A DNA stretch of 64,000 nucleotides, taken from Eledone cirrhosa. Lineage: Eukaryota. A model generated the notes under the pieces. That model was not told where the DNA came from. It searched no databases and saw nothing but the letters and a program-made list of their open reading frames with translations. Position numbers and translations under genes: made by a program. Below, piece after piece: positions 13,281-28,625 of the stretch. The stretch lies in the NCBI GenBank assembly GCA_964016885.1, contig OZ024743.1, positions 108,872,001 to 108,936,000 on the forward strand, read 5' to 3'. The first letter of the stretch is position 1. Each line of letters starts with the position of its first letter.

Positions 13281-16196
13281 TACCCACCACATAGACATAA
13301 ACACAAACACAATATAAATATATATATAAATACGTACATAACAAAAAAAGTATGCACACACACACTCACACCTATACACACACCTATACACACATGCTCA
13401 AACACAAGAGTATGTAAGCATTACACCGCAGATGTAGTTAGTAGAAATGGAAGCTAAATTCACGAACACATATGTTTTCAATAAACAGACATTGAGACAC
13501 AATGTGAAAGTGTAAAAACCAATATTTAACTACAGGTATTTCTCCTTGTCGCTACGAAAAATGATATCGATTTGACAGGTTTCAAGTTTTATTAAACACC
13601 AAATCACTTATTCGTTCTTTGCTACGGAGTGGATAGTTGATATTCAAGCTATTTATATCAGAGAAACACCGACAGAGTCTAAAATTGCCTTGTCTAATTT
13701 ACATAAGACTGGAAGCTTTGGCGATCGAATGACAAGTGAGTATTTTAGTAAACACATTTAGTTTTATTGTGAAAAACCAGACGCTGCGCTTAAACTAAAG
13801 CATATTTTTCTCAATCTTTTAGAAAAATAGTGGGACCTGGCGAATTTCAAGTTACGTTCAACCATAATCTTGAAGCAAGTTTTAGCATTGCTTTTGTTAA
13901 ATATTTTATGGTAATCTTACGTATGTTGGAAATAAGTCTTGATAACAATAAAGCTTTTTTCTATCACTTTTTCACATTAAAGACACATGGTATGTTGTTA
14001 CACATGCTGTTAAATATTATCATTTTTGTTCAGCTTAAGATCAGTTCTGATTGATCAGACATAAGATTAAAGGTTTTGCCGCATTAAGCTCTCCATCAAC
14101 ATTTTACAGGTAGCATACTTGGACTATGTTATCCCTATTTATAAAATGCTATTGCAAGGTTTGAGAAATATTTGCCTCCTATTTATAGAAAATACTGTTA
14201 CACCATAAATGATTGCTTGTTTTTCTCTTCTTCGCTTCTTGATACTTTGTAATTTTGAAATAATTGTGTCTTTAGAATTACCTGTTTTCTTAATTAATTA
14301 ATTGTCCGTTTATATATCTTAGAATATATGAAAAATAGTGAAGCAATATTTGCTTATGTACATCGGGAAATATGTCGGATGTTATTTTCATTACATTTGC
14401 AGTTATCTTTCGCAAGATGTTCGATAAGTACTTTGTTTTGCAATTCCCATCAACAACTTATTCGACTAGACTTGTTATAGTCCAATCGGTAATGGTGGCC
14501 AATTCTCGTAAAATGTAAATTGAATTACATTTCACAAATTTCTTTAATGATGCTACAGCGAATTTCCATCATCGGTTTGATCTTATCGTAAGTTTCGAAA
14601 TTTTCCAGAGTTTTACTTAGTAATGTTACCAATGAAAATAGAACTGGCAGCGTCGGGAAGAGATTTAACTCGTAACCACATGACTTCGCATTAGATTACA
14701 CTGCTCACATTTGAGGAATGTGTCTTCCAAAGAAAAGTTTATTAATGCGAGTCTCATGAATATAATTTGACATAAGAAAACTGTACACAATAGTATCTGT
14801 TGGACCAAACATGTTCATCGATGAGAGGCACAATGTTTGTCGTGCTCGACACCATCATCACCTGACGAATTACCATTATCTTCTGTTTTATTCGGGCCAG
14901 AACACCGGTTTAGGAATAACCTGATATCCTGATGCATTATTTCATGTTGCAGCAATCAATAGTTCATGTTGTTTTTTTCCCGTTAAACCATCAGTCACCA
15001 AGACCTTGCGCAATGTGATGAAATTTGTCTACCCTTCTTTAACTAATTTATAAACAATTCTTTTATTTCTCAAACAGAGTTTATCAACATCTGAACGTAA
15101 AACTATGTAAAATTGTATATTATTTCGTAGAAGAAATATTCACATAATTTTTCGCATGCATCTTTTCCGTTATGGATGATATTACAGACATACACTTTAT
15201 ATTATTTTGCTCAGATTGATTTCTCAAGAAAAGATATTCCTTAACATTCATTTTTTATTTATTAGCGTAACATTGTTCTTTTAGAAAACAAAAAAAAAAA
15301 AAAAAAAAAGAACAAACAGACACAAATCCAAAACAAAGAAAATATAACAAGAAGGAAAAACGATTAAGACAATAAAAACAAGAACAATAACAAAAAAAAC
15401 AGCGAACGTATATTCATTGGGATGAAGACATACATTCGGTTCTCATAATATTTAATTATTGTTTTTCTTAGGCATTTGGATCTTGAGCCGTATTTTGCAA
15501 TCATATGATCGTTTTTATAGTTGAAATACAAGATATTATGTTCTTCTATTATAAAGAAGTCCTATGATCCAGGAAAAATGTATTGTACCTGTAATTCACA
15601 AGAGCAGTTTTAACAAAAAATATCTCACGTTGATTCTCCTCGAGAACTACGTTTATTGTACTGTGGAATGATCAGTTACATGCCTGTTAAAATTCACAAG
15701 CCATCTGTTCGGTTGATCGCATCAAATAGAACACTCGTCGTCAGAACCAACAGAAGAACAACGGCCGGTTAAGATTTGTAAGACAATTCTCCAGGCCTAA
15801 TATATGTTTTACTTACTAGCACCGTCTGAGACGATTAAATGAAATCGAAAGAAACTACTATTTACGTGAATAGACATTAAAATCACGTCAATAGACGATA
15901 TATACACAAAGAAAAATAATATACAGAACTACTTTTTTCATATTTTTATTTTCCACAACAGCTGTTCTAGCGCAAAAACACGCAGAACATTTATTGCTTA
16001 GGCATATAAATCATAAATCTGTATATGCGGAAGCATGTGTGTTCATAAGGCTATGGTCGCTTGCATGTATGTATATGTGCGCGTAATATCAATACATATA
16101 TGTATAAGTGCATGTTCAACCACAGGAACATTCATCTAGACATATAGATGTATGTCAGTAAACAGACACATACTTGATTATATATATACATATATG

Positions 16197-16304
<108 letters not shown>

Positions 16305-16669
16305 CATGGCACATACATAGTCTGTTTCATAACGGTATCTACTTGCATTGGCATCGATCGAGCTACATTATTTAATATTTACTCTTGGTATATCCCCAGG
16401 GGTAGCAGAATAGCTGAAAGAAGAAAAATGTAAAACAGAACAATATCCAATCTTACCGTGGAACAAATATTGCAAGTTTGGAAGAAATCTATTCTGCCGC
16501 ATGATTGCTCGATAGGATGACTATGTAGATCATAAGAGCTCACTGAGGCAGTGGCGTACAATCAGACCAATACATATCGTTTCTTCGCTTACACATATAT
16601 TCCTGCCATCTCTACATATGCTTAAACATTTAGATTCAAACCACGCTTATATATATATATATATATATG

Positions 16670-16818
<149 letters not shown>

Positions 16819-17263
16819 AGGTGTGTCTATATATACATAGATATATGTACATATAAGTATGTGAGTATTTATATATTTGTATGTGTCTGGGAGTACAATA
16901 TTGCTGGGATTATTGGCTTCGTACAGTCGTCAATGTGATATAAAGCAAAAAATCATCTAAGGAAGCACGTTGGAGGGAAAATAGAAATAAAAGAGGAAGT
17001 AATGATAAAATATAGAATGTAAAACATAAAGATACGAAATGGAAAACATAAAACAGAGAACTGTCCAAAGGATAGTGTGTAGCCTGCAGCAATATAAACT
17101 GTTCAGTAATATCAGACGATTCTCATTCCCTCTCCCATCTGACAGAATATATATATATATATATATATATACTCACATATACACACACACACCTATATAT
17201 ATATGTGTGTGTGTGCGTGTGTGTGTGTGTGTATGTACACACACACATACACACATATATATT

Positions 17264-17347
<84 letters not shown>

Positions 17348-19436
17348 CAAACAATCCATTTTCGATATTTTTATATCCCTATCTGATAAATGCTGCATAG
17401 AGATGTGGAAAGCGTAATTACTGGATGATGATGGCAACTGCAATGTGACACACAGAAAAGTAAATATAATTGCTGAAATTCCGTATTAAGAACGAAAGGA
17501 ATGATGGAGAGAATGTATAATACGTAAATGAAAAGAAACATCGGATGAAAAGAACCGGATGAAGAAGAAAAGACAAAGACAGTGGAATATATATTCATAT
17601 TTTATTGAAATCTTTCTCTTGATAATGTATTCCTGTACAAACTTTTGCAATGATATTTAATATCTGCTGCATACAATTTTCGACAGAATAACTATTTTCA
17701 GGAATGCATTAAAACTTTCGATATGAGTCTATCCTGGAAGCCCAGCTCTTTGGTAGGCGAGGATGGTTTGGTGTGGATTGTTACTTGCGTTATGTTTTTC
17801 GTAAATGATAAAATTAATATTCAGTTAATTCCAATAGTAAAATGAAATAATAAAGAATGAAAAACACATTTCTTGGTGACATTGGATAACTTTGTTAATA
17901 TTTTGCATTCGTTCAAAAATTCAAAACTGCATCAGCAATAACATCTGTTTTTTAACATTGGCTGAAAGCCAGCAATTAACTAGTACTTCATTATATCGAA
18001 GAATAAAGGCAAAGTTGACCGCGATGGGATTTTTTATCAAAAAGTAGAAATACCGTGAATATTTTACCCGACACTTTTTGCAATATGAGTTCAAAACTCG
18101 CTCAGTTCAATGTTGCGTTTCATTATTTGGAAGCCGCTGAAAGAATTACTATTAGCATATTGAATTGTTTATACACCTCTATTTTTTTCTCACTTTGTCT
18201 TTCTCACCTTCTATCTACTCTTCAGTCACTGGCGGTAGATGTGTTCCACTAGACACGTAGGTCTACGGCACCATCAAGAGTTAGACATTCTTACATAAAT
18301 ACATATACTCAAAGAAAGTAATGAAAAATATAGCCATTCCAACGCAGACAAGCGTAATAATATTCGATCAATATGAATTTCAAATCATCCCATTACTTCT
18401 TAAGTCAAACGAAATAAAATAATATTAATAAATACTCTAGTTAATGCAAAGAAATGTAGACATTTTTTTCTATTTGGTCTTTCTTTAAAATAACCTAATT
18501 ATTTTGACTCAATCGTATTCACGACACGTTGAGCATATATAAACTTTTGAATATATGTTAACTGAAAATAAGCTGCTTCAAACTTTTTGTTCATTTTAAT
18601 TTTTTCCGAAGGAATCTGTGCGGAGAAATTTTGTTTTTGTTTTTCGGTAGAAGTAACCATGCATATTTACTGAGATTTATAGGCTAGGAATATTTGTGTA
18701 TATCAAACGCTATTCTTGAAGACCCCTCGGAGGATGGAATGTGAAGACGATCTCAGTGGGATTGGAACTTAGAACATAAAGACACTTAACCAAATAACAT
18801 AAAGTATTTTTCTTTGTTGAAGCTCTAGCAATTCTGCCATTACTCAATACGAAATGCATGCACTTGATTAATTACTTGCTTGAAACATATTTAGGAATAA
18901 AGTGTGTCTTATTGCATAGTTCTAAAGAGTACATTTGTGCCATAGAGGTAAGAGTTCAAGAAAATCGTAGTGTGCCGTTTGCATATTTCTCATGCGCATT
19001 AGCCACATAAGTTAGAAGGACATAATTTCCAGTTGAAATAATCCACAAGGTGGGAGAGTGGGCTTATGTCAAATGCATAACTCTTAGTCTCTGAAAATCA
19101 ACATAAAGCATTTTATGAGTGTGAATATACTCATGCTTGTGAATACATTACGTTTCAGTAGGCATCAAGGTAACAGAACGGAGATAGTTTCAAACATCTT
19201 ATATTGACTGTACATTGTGTTGCAGTTGATTGAAGATTTATCACTCTAACAATTTCTGAATCTTCAGTATTTATAACTTCCCTTTGTGTTGAATCAATCG
19301 CAATAATCTCTTTTTTTCTTTTCTCCTATATTCTGATGAATCTGACGCTGTGATATGGCGAATTCTTTTAATGTGGCTGATGAATTCTGTATCCCCACAT
19401 TTAATTGCTTGAAGCATAAAAGCAACACCAGCAATA

Positions 19437-20600
19437 ATAATAATCATAATTTCTTTATTGGCCGCAAGGGTCGATACATTTGAGGGACAATGCAAGGGCC
19501 ACTGACAGTGGGGAATTTACAGGAAAATCGAATGAACGATATAAAAAAAGATTAACAATAAAAAATATATTATAATAATGCAAATTCCCTAACTAGGGGG
19601 TAGAAGAACAGGGTGACACAGGTATCCCACCAATCCTGTACCTGCCTAATGACGCATAGTCAGTGTAGGCTCATTATCATGGACCATCCTCGCAACATTC
19701 ACCTACCTTTTAGCAAATGTATTGAGAGACATGAATTCCCTCACGAGCCTCACGTTCCATTCCAAGTGCAACTTGAAAATGTTGATGAGGGATTGGCCTA
19801 AGAGAAAAGGGTCTCTATTCTGTCCCTTCAGTCTCGTCTACCCAACAACCCTTTGTTACCAAAGCTACCAGGCAGAGCAAAACGATCTGCACTTCTCGAC
19901 CAAAAGAAAGTGGTGGGGAAACTTCCAAGAGGACTCAGGCGATAGCCGGATCCGTCCCCCAAGCGATAGCAGCTGTTCCACATAACTCCGAAATTCAGTA
20001 ATGCATGGACACATGTCGAGTGCATGAAAAATGACTTCATCATTTTGAGCAAATCTCGGACAGATCCGTCTGATTGCACATCCATACCTGTAGAGTTTAT
20101 CTCCAATCGGTAATGTCCACTGCAAAGCGAGGGGTTTCTGGAAGTTATCCATAGTATCTGGCAAGAAAGCCCTCCGGAACAGACTGGTCAATTCGACTTA
20201 ATCAACGCCCAGAGCCTCCACAAATGAAAGGGCCGCGTGGCTCCCACTGATCTTCTATAGAACACTAGAGTGGCATTTCCACTGACCGTATTAACAGTCT
20301 TATAAAGGTGCCGACCACCTTCATTTCCGAGATTTCAGCACCATCACGGTGATGTCGTCCGCGTAGGATGCCTCAGCTCTCAGTTCGAGTGAGATGCCTT
20401 GCTGCACCGCCAGCTTCCGCAGTAGCGGCTCGAGTGGCAATACCCACACATGTGAGGATTGAGGGCAACGTTGACGGACCGAGCGCGTGATCTGATACGG
20501 TTTTGAAAGGTGACCACCGAGCACCGAGCACCGAGCAGATAATGCTATGCATTGGAGCGATCCAGCCATTGAAGGACGAATCGAAAAAAGCAAATTCGAT
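19437..20600 (-). mobile_element. L1/Tx1-like LINE fragment (RT to 3' end, internally deleted)
   Basis: ITRSVRQRCP...LEPLLRKL...SYADDITV; 3' tail cccttgcggccaataaagaaattat(gattatt) shared with the copy ending near 24650. Confidence 0.8.
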
Positions 20601-21429
20601 TGACCAATAAGTGTAAAACAAAGAAAAATATAAAAAAAGTTAGGAGAATGCGGTGATAAATAGGAGTATAATAGATCTGCATTGATTTGGCATTCGGGAT
20701 ATTTGAATTGTATTTTATATTAATTACATTTGCTCTAAAATTTAAACAGAAAAAGATTGTGCATTGACACCTATTATAGAGACAAAAAATTACGAGGTAT
20801 ATGGGCGGAACTTTTTTAGAACTATCTTTTGGATTTCATATATTCTAAGTTTAACAGGTACGGAACTTTTGAACACCTTTCTTTATGATACATTGAATTC
20901 TTTTCACTACCGGAATAGTTGGTGTTTTAAGGTACCACATTCCGTTTATCTCAATTTCTCGATCTTTATATTTAGCATGTCTATTATTCTCTTTTGCTGA
21001 CAGATTTCTATCAGGCAGTACAGTCATGTCAATGATAAGCATGTCTTGGTTTTAAAATCTTTAATAATTGCATCAAGGCCATTTGTATTAATCGCGCAAT
21101 CTCTGTGAATGTTAAAATCCTAAAGGACTGTTGCTCCTTCAGTCTCAGTTACTGGTTGTGGTTTGTGTTCTTACCAGTTTTCTGCATGTTCTGCATTGTA
21201 TTCATTGGATATTATCCAATGGATATATTGCTTCACCCTCTTATGTCAAAGCTTATATACAGATGGCTAGCTTAACCGTCCCGACAAAGGCCACAGAAGA
21301 GGTGGAGAAGAGAACTTAATTTTTGATGTATTTCAGTGCAGACTCATAAAGCGGCGATGACTCCACAAGCCGAAGTTGAAGTTGCGTTGAATCGTAACTG
21401 TGCTGACACCGAATAAATAGGAAGTGGCA

Positions 21430-21990
21430 GACTATACGGCACCAGCTCGGTGCTGTTTAAGTCAGAAGCCCTCGCTGTGAAACATTTGGTGACCACGTGC
21501 AAAACTAGCAAGGTTATTATGTACCCCTCCCACATGTTAAGAAGAACAGTAAGAGTCCACATTGCCTGTATTCTACAAGGACTAGACTTCTGGTGCCTCC
21601 TGGGATGCGTGATTGTGGAGGGGAGAGAGGCCGTCCTGATCCAGGTTATCAGAACAGCCTGGAGAGAATTCTCCAAATGAGGCCTGAGAACATTAGAAAA
21701 ATCGCGGATCATATCCTCCTCCAAAACAGGATGGCACCGTTGGTTATGACCGGGCATAGAACACCTCAATATTTTGTCTGCAGCGAAACAAGACATTTGG
21801 TAAGCATCCACTGCTGCCAATGTCGGGATACCACCAACACCAGCAACAACAGCACCGGCAATACCACCAACACCACCAATACCACCAACACCACCAGAAC
21901 CGACAATACCGCCAGAAGCAACACCAACGGAAACGTCAACATGAATGTTGACAACCCAGAGGCAACACAAGGAAAGCTCTTCTATTACCA
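21430..21990 (+). mobile_element. Possible LINE ORF1 (gag-like) remnant with degenerate Zn knuckle and Thr/Asn-rich tail
   Basis: TGHRTPQYFVCSETRHLVSIHC resembles GRxPxCFxCxExGHxxxxC; lies next to a Tx1 ORF2 fragment. Confidence 0.35.
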
Positions 21991-22599
21991 CTTACCCCCC
22001 CTCCCCCCCAAAAAAAGAAAAAATGAAAAGACACATTGATTTGACACAAACACAAACACACACAGAGGCATAAACACACAGACACACACACCTCGTTTTC
22101 CAGTAGCGACGACTAGGCAAAAGCAAAAGTAAAAAAAACAAAAGAGAAAAAAATAACCAGAAAAAAATAACCACACCACATCCAACCCGCATTAGAAAAC
22201 GCAGACAGCACACACTCAACATAAACAAACACTTCCCCAACAACATCAGGTAACGTCGATCTTCTTTGACTGGGACGGTAATTTGGTGATCCTGGTAGTG
22301 AGCAATAGTGAAGCTGGTGCCTTTAGACTGGTTGCCACTACGCACCGACCGCGGCAGGACAGCCCGATTTCTTTAGGCGCCTGTAAGGTTTTTTGTGAAC
22401 GTCTCGACCTTTACTCTTAGCAGGGAACTGGAACGCCATCTTAGACATACGCTGGGATTGTGTAGGAGTAGCTGATAGGAGCATAGAAATAAAATCCTCA
22501 GGTACTTGAGCAACCAGTTCCAAATATCTGACAGCTACCGACTAGGTTTCCTTACAGCAATTTGGACCAACTGCATAGATCGTATATAGATACTTTCTT

Positions 22600-24650
22600 C
22601 ATTAGCCCAATAGAATAAGGTTATCGATTGTCCACATTTTCAAACGATCGCCTATACAAAGCACAAGTTGCTGATCTACTTGGTCGGCCTAGATAAGATA
22701 CACAGGAAAAAACCTGGTTACTGGAAGCTGAACATGTCGTAAGCCTTCCAAGGACAAGGACTACAATTTATTTCAGTTAAACTTGACAAGGTCATCAACA
22801 ACTGGTGATTGTCGGCTCTCTAAAGCGAGATTAGAGTAACCTCGGTAGGTTTAGTAAAGAAGTAGCGTTACAAAAAAATAGAAAGGATGCGGTGCTGGTA
22901 CCTTAATTAGAAAAGGCTGTATGTAGTGCCATTGCAACTGGCATTCTAGCGGCGAGAATTGCATTAGACCATTTCGTCAATGAGAAACACGAAGCTAAGT
23001 CACCTGCTAAAGAAGCAATGGAACTGAAAGCTGTTCGATGCACCCGCGTGACAGAGGTGCAGCGTCGGAGCAAAAGCAGAATTTGGTCTTTGACGGACCG
23101 AAATGGACACGAGCTAAACGATTCCAGGCACATGTGTGAGGTTTTCTTTACCAGCGCTTTGTACAGGTGTTTGATGGGAGCGAGATGCTGGGGACGGTAG
23201 CCGATATCATATCGAACCTAGATGGCCTTCCGCGTCTCTCGCCAACCGATGCTGATAACTGCGAAAGGCCGATAACTTTAGCCGGGATTCGGGGGCCCTA
23301 GTCGGCGGCCTGGGGCACATGTAACCCGGTTTGGATGGACTGTCCTACGAGCTTTACATAGGTATGCCAGACTTGTTCTCCGATCTTTATCGAAGCTCTC
23401 TACTGTGAATAGCAAGTAATATATTTCGAGTTCTGTGAGCCGTAGCGTAGTGACGCTGATAAGCACATACGAGAACAAGAGGGATAAAGAACTTCAGGTA
23501 CATAACCCTGCTAAACATAGGGTTTAAGATTTTGGCCAAGGTGTTAGCGAAGATGTTGGTGTTTGTCGTCGAGGATGTGGTAATGATGAGTTAAGATGCG
23601 CTGAAGCTGCGTCATTTTCACATATTCTGACTAAATGATGAACAGGTGTGGTCGTCGTTTATTTGACAGGCATTGCCACAGCACGTCTCTTTACTGCGCT
23701 GCAGTGCTGAGTCAAGAAGAAACCGAGACTGGGCGCCTGGCAACTGGAATGTTGCCAGACGCTCACTGCCCTCTACCAGTCGGAAAATTAGGTCAATGGA
23801 GCTTCGACTCTAGAATTCTATAGAGGATTAGTGGTGGGTAAGTACAATGACGTACACGAAGAGGTTCTGGGCGTCGATCATATCTAACTGTTCCGGAGGA
23901 CTTTGGAGCCGAGGACTGTGAATACGTTCCAGAAATCCCTTGCTTGGAAATACTACAGGGGTGCACTGCCGGTTTGAGATAATCTTTCCTTCACAAGATG
24001 GACGCAGAGCGACGAACCCGTTCTGCACGCACTCATCCAGTCTTCGTACATTGCTGACTTGTGAAGTTATGACGAACATCTTTAATCGGATATAGAACGG
24101 ATCCGGCTCTCGGCCGACTCCATAATGCCGATCGACCCACCGCCTTATTTTGGACAAGAAGGGTAGGTCATTTTTCTCCGTTTGCTGGCAATAGCGAAAG
24201 AGGGTGTGTGGGGCCAGATTGAAAAAAGTGAAGACAGGCATGTTTCAAATCGACCAAACTCTGATCATCTTCCTCAAGTTTCACTTGGAAACAAAGGTGA
24301 ATGTGGAGAGTGGTGCTGCCCTCCCAGTACTTTGGCTAAAATGTGGGTGAATATGGTGAGAATGGCCTACTCCGAACAATCGCCTGCAGGCTGGCTAATT
24401 TAAGGAGGTGAGCGGTCCGTTCCCGGGTGCCCTCGAAGTGTCGGGTGGTTCAGAATTGGTGGATTACATGGATGGTTTTCCCCCTATTGGGGAATATGTA
24501 CTGTTATATATTTATTAATAATGTTTTTTTGTTAATTTCTGTTTACTCAATTTCATTGTAAGCGCCCATTGTCCCGTTATTTTTGTATTTTGTATTGTTC
24601 CCTATATATGGTCCCTTGTGGCCGATAAATAAATAATTATTATTATTGTT
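22600..24650 (+). mobile_element. L1/Tx1-like LINE ORF2 remnant with 3' end
   Basis: PGLDGLSYELY, ITLLN, KILAKVLA motifs near 23325-23550; 3' tail gtcccttgtggccgataaataaataattattatt. Confidence 0.8.
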
Positions 24651-25814
24651 ATTAATTATTTGTAGTAATAGAGGTAGTAGTAGTAGCAGCAGCAGCATAG
24701 CTTACTTTGGCATAAGGTTAAAGAGTTCTTGAGAAATGTTGTGTATGTTGTCTCTTAAATCGGCTCTAGTATATAATAGCACATTCCCTGCCATTAATGT
24801 ATATGAGCATATGAGTGAATATACTAATCTATGATTTGCTTTGTATAGCCTGTGGACCATAGCATTTTAATGTTGTTTTCGTTTTTCTTATTTTGACCCA
24901 GTTTTAGTTGTAATTCTGTGTTGAAATATCGTCGAAGTCAAATTTGCCTCCATTTTCCCTTTCCCCATGAAGTAATATTTCAGTCAATTACTGAGGCGAT
25001 TTGATCGCATTTGAGTTTCACTGAATTTATAACGACTGTAATATTTAACTTCAATATATGAATTTAATATTTGTCTGATACTTTTTTGTTAATCACTGAA
25101 TCATCAATTACAATGTTGACATTGGCTGGATTTGAAAGCAGACCGTAAAGAGCCGGATCAAATATTGTTTGATCCGGCATATGTTTACAACTCGAACGGT
25201 TTTGCCACTCTACTGCCATAATATAAATGGGCTTCACAATTCGACTAAGATCAACAATTAAGGATCGAAGTAAGTCGATTAATTCGACCACAATACTTTA
25301 CTGGTATTTCATTTGATTGATCTTAGGACGTGAAAATGATGTTGGTGGCAGAGAGACATGAACTAAGAAAGTGGACAATCGCATATTGCCCATTTTTTCG
25401 ACAAAAACAATAATAAACAATTCTTTTAATAATACTACTAAGAAGTTATAGAAGAACTAAGAATATTATGATTGAATATATTTCACTGGACATCTCTTAT
25501 TTGCGATCTTATTTCGTTCCATATTTAGAAACAAACGAATTAGAAACCTTAAGAAAAAAGATTATTTAAGTCATATTAAGAAATGTCTAAAAGGTAGCAA
25601 TACATTATTTTACTGTTAAACCAAAAAGAAAAATATGATCGAAAGAAAGAAAGAGTGATATTGTGAGGAATCGAATGGCAAATGTTTTCTGGAAAATATT
25701 GCGTGATTTTTAGTTGCTGTAGTCTAGACCTGTAAAGAGCTTAAAAAATATTGTAAGAATTTGTGTGCAGTGAAGAGATTTTAGATTATAGATATATATG
25801 AATATCTATGTTTC

Positions 25815-25847
<33 letters not shown>

Positions 25848-25884
25848 ACACATACACACACACAGACACACACACATATATATA

Positions 25885-25974
<90 letters not shown>

Positions 25975-25995
25975 TTATATATATATGTATATATA

Positions 25996-26060
<65 letters not shown>

Positions 26061-26092
26061 ATATATATATATATATGTGTATATATATATAT

Positions 26093-26195
<103 letters not shown>

Positions 26196-26519
26196 TGAGT
26201 GCGGACCGAATTAATTCTGTTTTTCTTTCATTTAAATTGTTCTGTTATCTATCCGTGGCTATTCGCAGTAAATACTTCAAATGGGCATTGAAACGAGATT
26301 TACTGTTTCTGTTCAAGATAATTTGATAATGCGCGTTGGATTAGAACTAACAGAAAGTTATAAACATCTATGTAGGTATGAACGTGTGTGTGCAATATGT
26401 ATGTACGTGTACGTATGTATATGTGTGTTAGTGAATGAGTGTGTTTGATAACAACAAATTAGATATATAAATAGGTGGGCAGAAAATGGCTTGATACATG
26501 GATGGAGAGATAGATAGAT

Positions 26520-26552
<33 letters not shown>

Positions 26553-26559
<7 letters not shown>

Positions 26560-27603
26560 TAACTCATGTCTATAGAATCAATCAGATATTAAAATATATA
26601 CTATTTCTTCTTCTAACGGAGTTACCGCGAACTAGCTGCGATCAATTATTTGTCGGAGATTTCCCCATTAGAAAATTTATTCTTAAAGCTTGCTAGATTT
26701 GATTATGTATATGGTTAATTATGCTGATTAGAAGAAGAAATAGTATATATTTTAATATCTGATTGATTCTATAGACATGAGTTATGATATAATGCTCTGA
26801 TTTTTTGATTTTAATTTATTAATTCTTTATTGAGCTTAAAAGTGAACAGTTGCAACACATATATGTATCCTTGATTTAATTTAATTTAATTTTATGTATG
26901 TGATAACCTCTATATTTAATAATCTCCCTTTCGGTTGAGATTAAATTTGGTGATATATGGCTTCGCTTTCTAGCAGCATGCCTACCCGCCGTAAGCGACC
27001 AATCACACGCTTTCTCTCTGGCTGGTACACAGCTACATAGCGATCTTAGTCATTTTTGAACCTAAATTTGGCGCGGTCGGTCTGAGAAATTAAATGTCTA
27101 TTTCTGAGTTTGTCTCCTGATGATTCCTGACTCAAAGCATATCCATATTATTTGGATCTCCTAAACAAGGAAGAAACCATGGTAGAGATATAATTACGGT
27201 AAGTGCGCATTTCTTCTAAGTTTAATTTTACTACTAATTACGTGCGGTTGACGATATATTTGATCGGATTCTGCATGCTGCCGAAGTGTTTGTTAAATAG
27301 TGAACGGAGTTCCCGCGAACTAGCTGCGATCAATTATTTGTCGGAGATTTCCCCGTTAGAAAATTTATTCTTAAAGCTTGCTAGATTTGATTATGTATAT
27401 GGTTAATTATGCTGATTAGAAGAAGAAATAGTATATATTTTAATATCAGATTGATTCTATAGACATGAGTTATGATATAATGCTCTGATTTTTTGATTTT
27501 AATTTATTAATTCTTCATTGAGCTTAAAAGTGAACAGTTGCCACACATATATGTATCCTTGATTTAATTTAATTTAATTTTATGTATGTGATAACCTCTA
27601 TAT
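26553..27603 (+). mobile_element. Non-coding hammerhead-bearing partial tandem (688-bp unit) with 5' inverted segment; PLE pLTR or retrozyme-like
   Basis: Direct repeats 26615-26915 and 27303-27603 (about 5 mismatches); 26553-26616 is the reverse complement of 26728-26791; (TA)n on both sides. Confidence 0.75.
27111..27190 (+). ncRNA. Type I hammerhead ribozyme with enlarged loop II
   Basis: UGUCUC-CUGAUGA-UUCCU...AGGAA-GAAA-CCAUGG-UA/GAGAUA: canonical core, palindromic stem III, GUA cleavage triplet. Confidence 0.8.
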
Positions 27604-27815
27604 ATATATATATATATATATTTCGTTTCTGAATTTGTTTAGTAAGATTCTTTATCTGAAATCGTGTGTTGAAACCGATATTGTTTTACTTTGGGAGGGT
27701 CATGTTGCCAATAAGAAACTCACGCACCAGTTGCTTTCACTTCAATTTATTATAATAAATTTATAAATTTCTGGTTGGTTGCTTGGTTCCACAAGCAGAT
27801 AGTTGTTTATATATT

Positions 27816-27858
27816 GTCATAGTTCTTTCGTCACACACTCTGTGACCTCTTCAGTGAC
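27816..27858 (-). ncRNA. Minimal hammerhead ribozyme in the PLE pLTR (sense to the endonuclease)
   Basis: GUCA-CUGAAGA-G-GUCACA-GAGUG-UGUGAC-GAAA-GAAC-UA/UGAC. Confidence 0.75.
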
Positions 27859-28057
27859 TGGGGATTCCTTTCTTTGTTTCTGTGCCTCTCCTTTGTTCTG
27901 TCCTACGCTATTTTGTTTCTGTGTCTGTGTTGTGTGCTCAGTCTGAGCATGCGCCACATCCGGGTGTCTGTGTGTGTTTAAGTTCATTTATTTATTTGTT
28001 TATTTACATGTTACTGGTTGGTTGTTTGTTCTATGTGTGTGTGTTTTCATTTTGTCC

Positions 28058-28375
28058 TTAATTGTAAGTTGTGATGTTGCTGTTCCACTCATATTTTCTA
28101 TTTAATTTTGGTTGTAATTCTTTTATGTTTATTGCCTCTGTAATTTGTCTAAACATTGCGTCTTTTCTGTGTGTAGATTCTATTTTTATTTCTATGTTCT
28201 CTAATCTACCCTTGCGTTCTATTTTAGCATGTCGGTAGAGTACAGATGATTCTTTACTATCTTGAAGGTCTCGCCAGTGTTCATTTATCCATTCCCCTAC
28301 ACTACGAGCTGTCTCACCTATGTACACTATATTTTTGTATCTACATTGTCCTTCAGTACATCTTATGCTATACAC
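28058..28375 (-). pseudogene. Penelope GIY-YIG endonuclease fragment
   Basis: YSIRC..QC....VYIGETARSVGEWINEH...RH...RQITEAINIKELQPKLN. Confidence 0.88.
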
Positions 28376-28625
28376 TACATTTCTAGTTTTACAGTTAATA
28401 TGGGGGCTTATTTTACAGGTTATACATTTTTTATGTATACATGGGGTCTTTGAAAAGGGTATGTCTTGCTAATAAGTGTTTTTACGGAGGTTCCTGGTCT
28501 TTCTACTATCTTACTATTGAGTTTATGTTTATTTAGGGCCCTTCTAATTCACAACACACACACAGAAACAAGATGGCGTAGGACAGAACAAAGGAGAGGC
28601 ACAGAAACAAAGAAAGGAATCCCCA

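Noticed and set aside
22200-22540. Short minus-strand ORFs possibly from a LINE ORF1
   Set aside because: No diagnostic motif; cannot be assigned without a search.
26615-27603. LTR retrotransposon or TRIM reading of the 301-bp direct repeats
   Set aside because: No TG...CA ends, adjacent primer-binding site, polypurine tract or TSD; the hammerhead and inverted 5' piece fit PLE-type insertion better.
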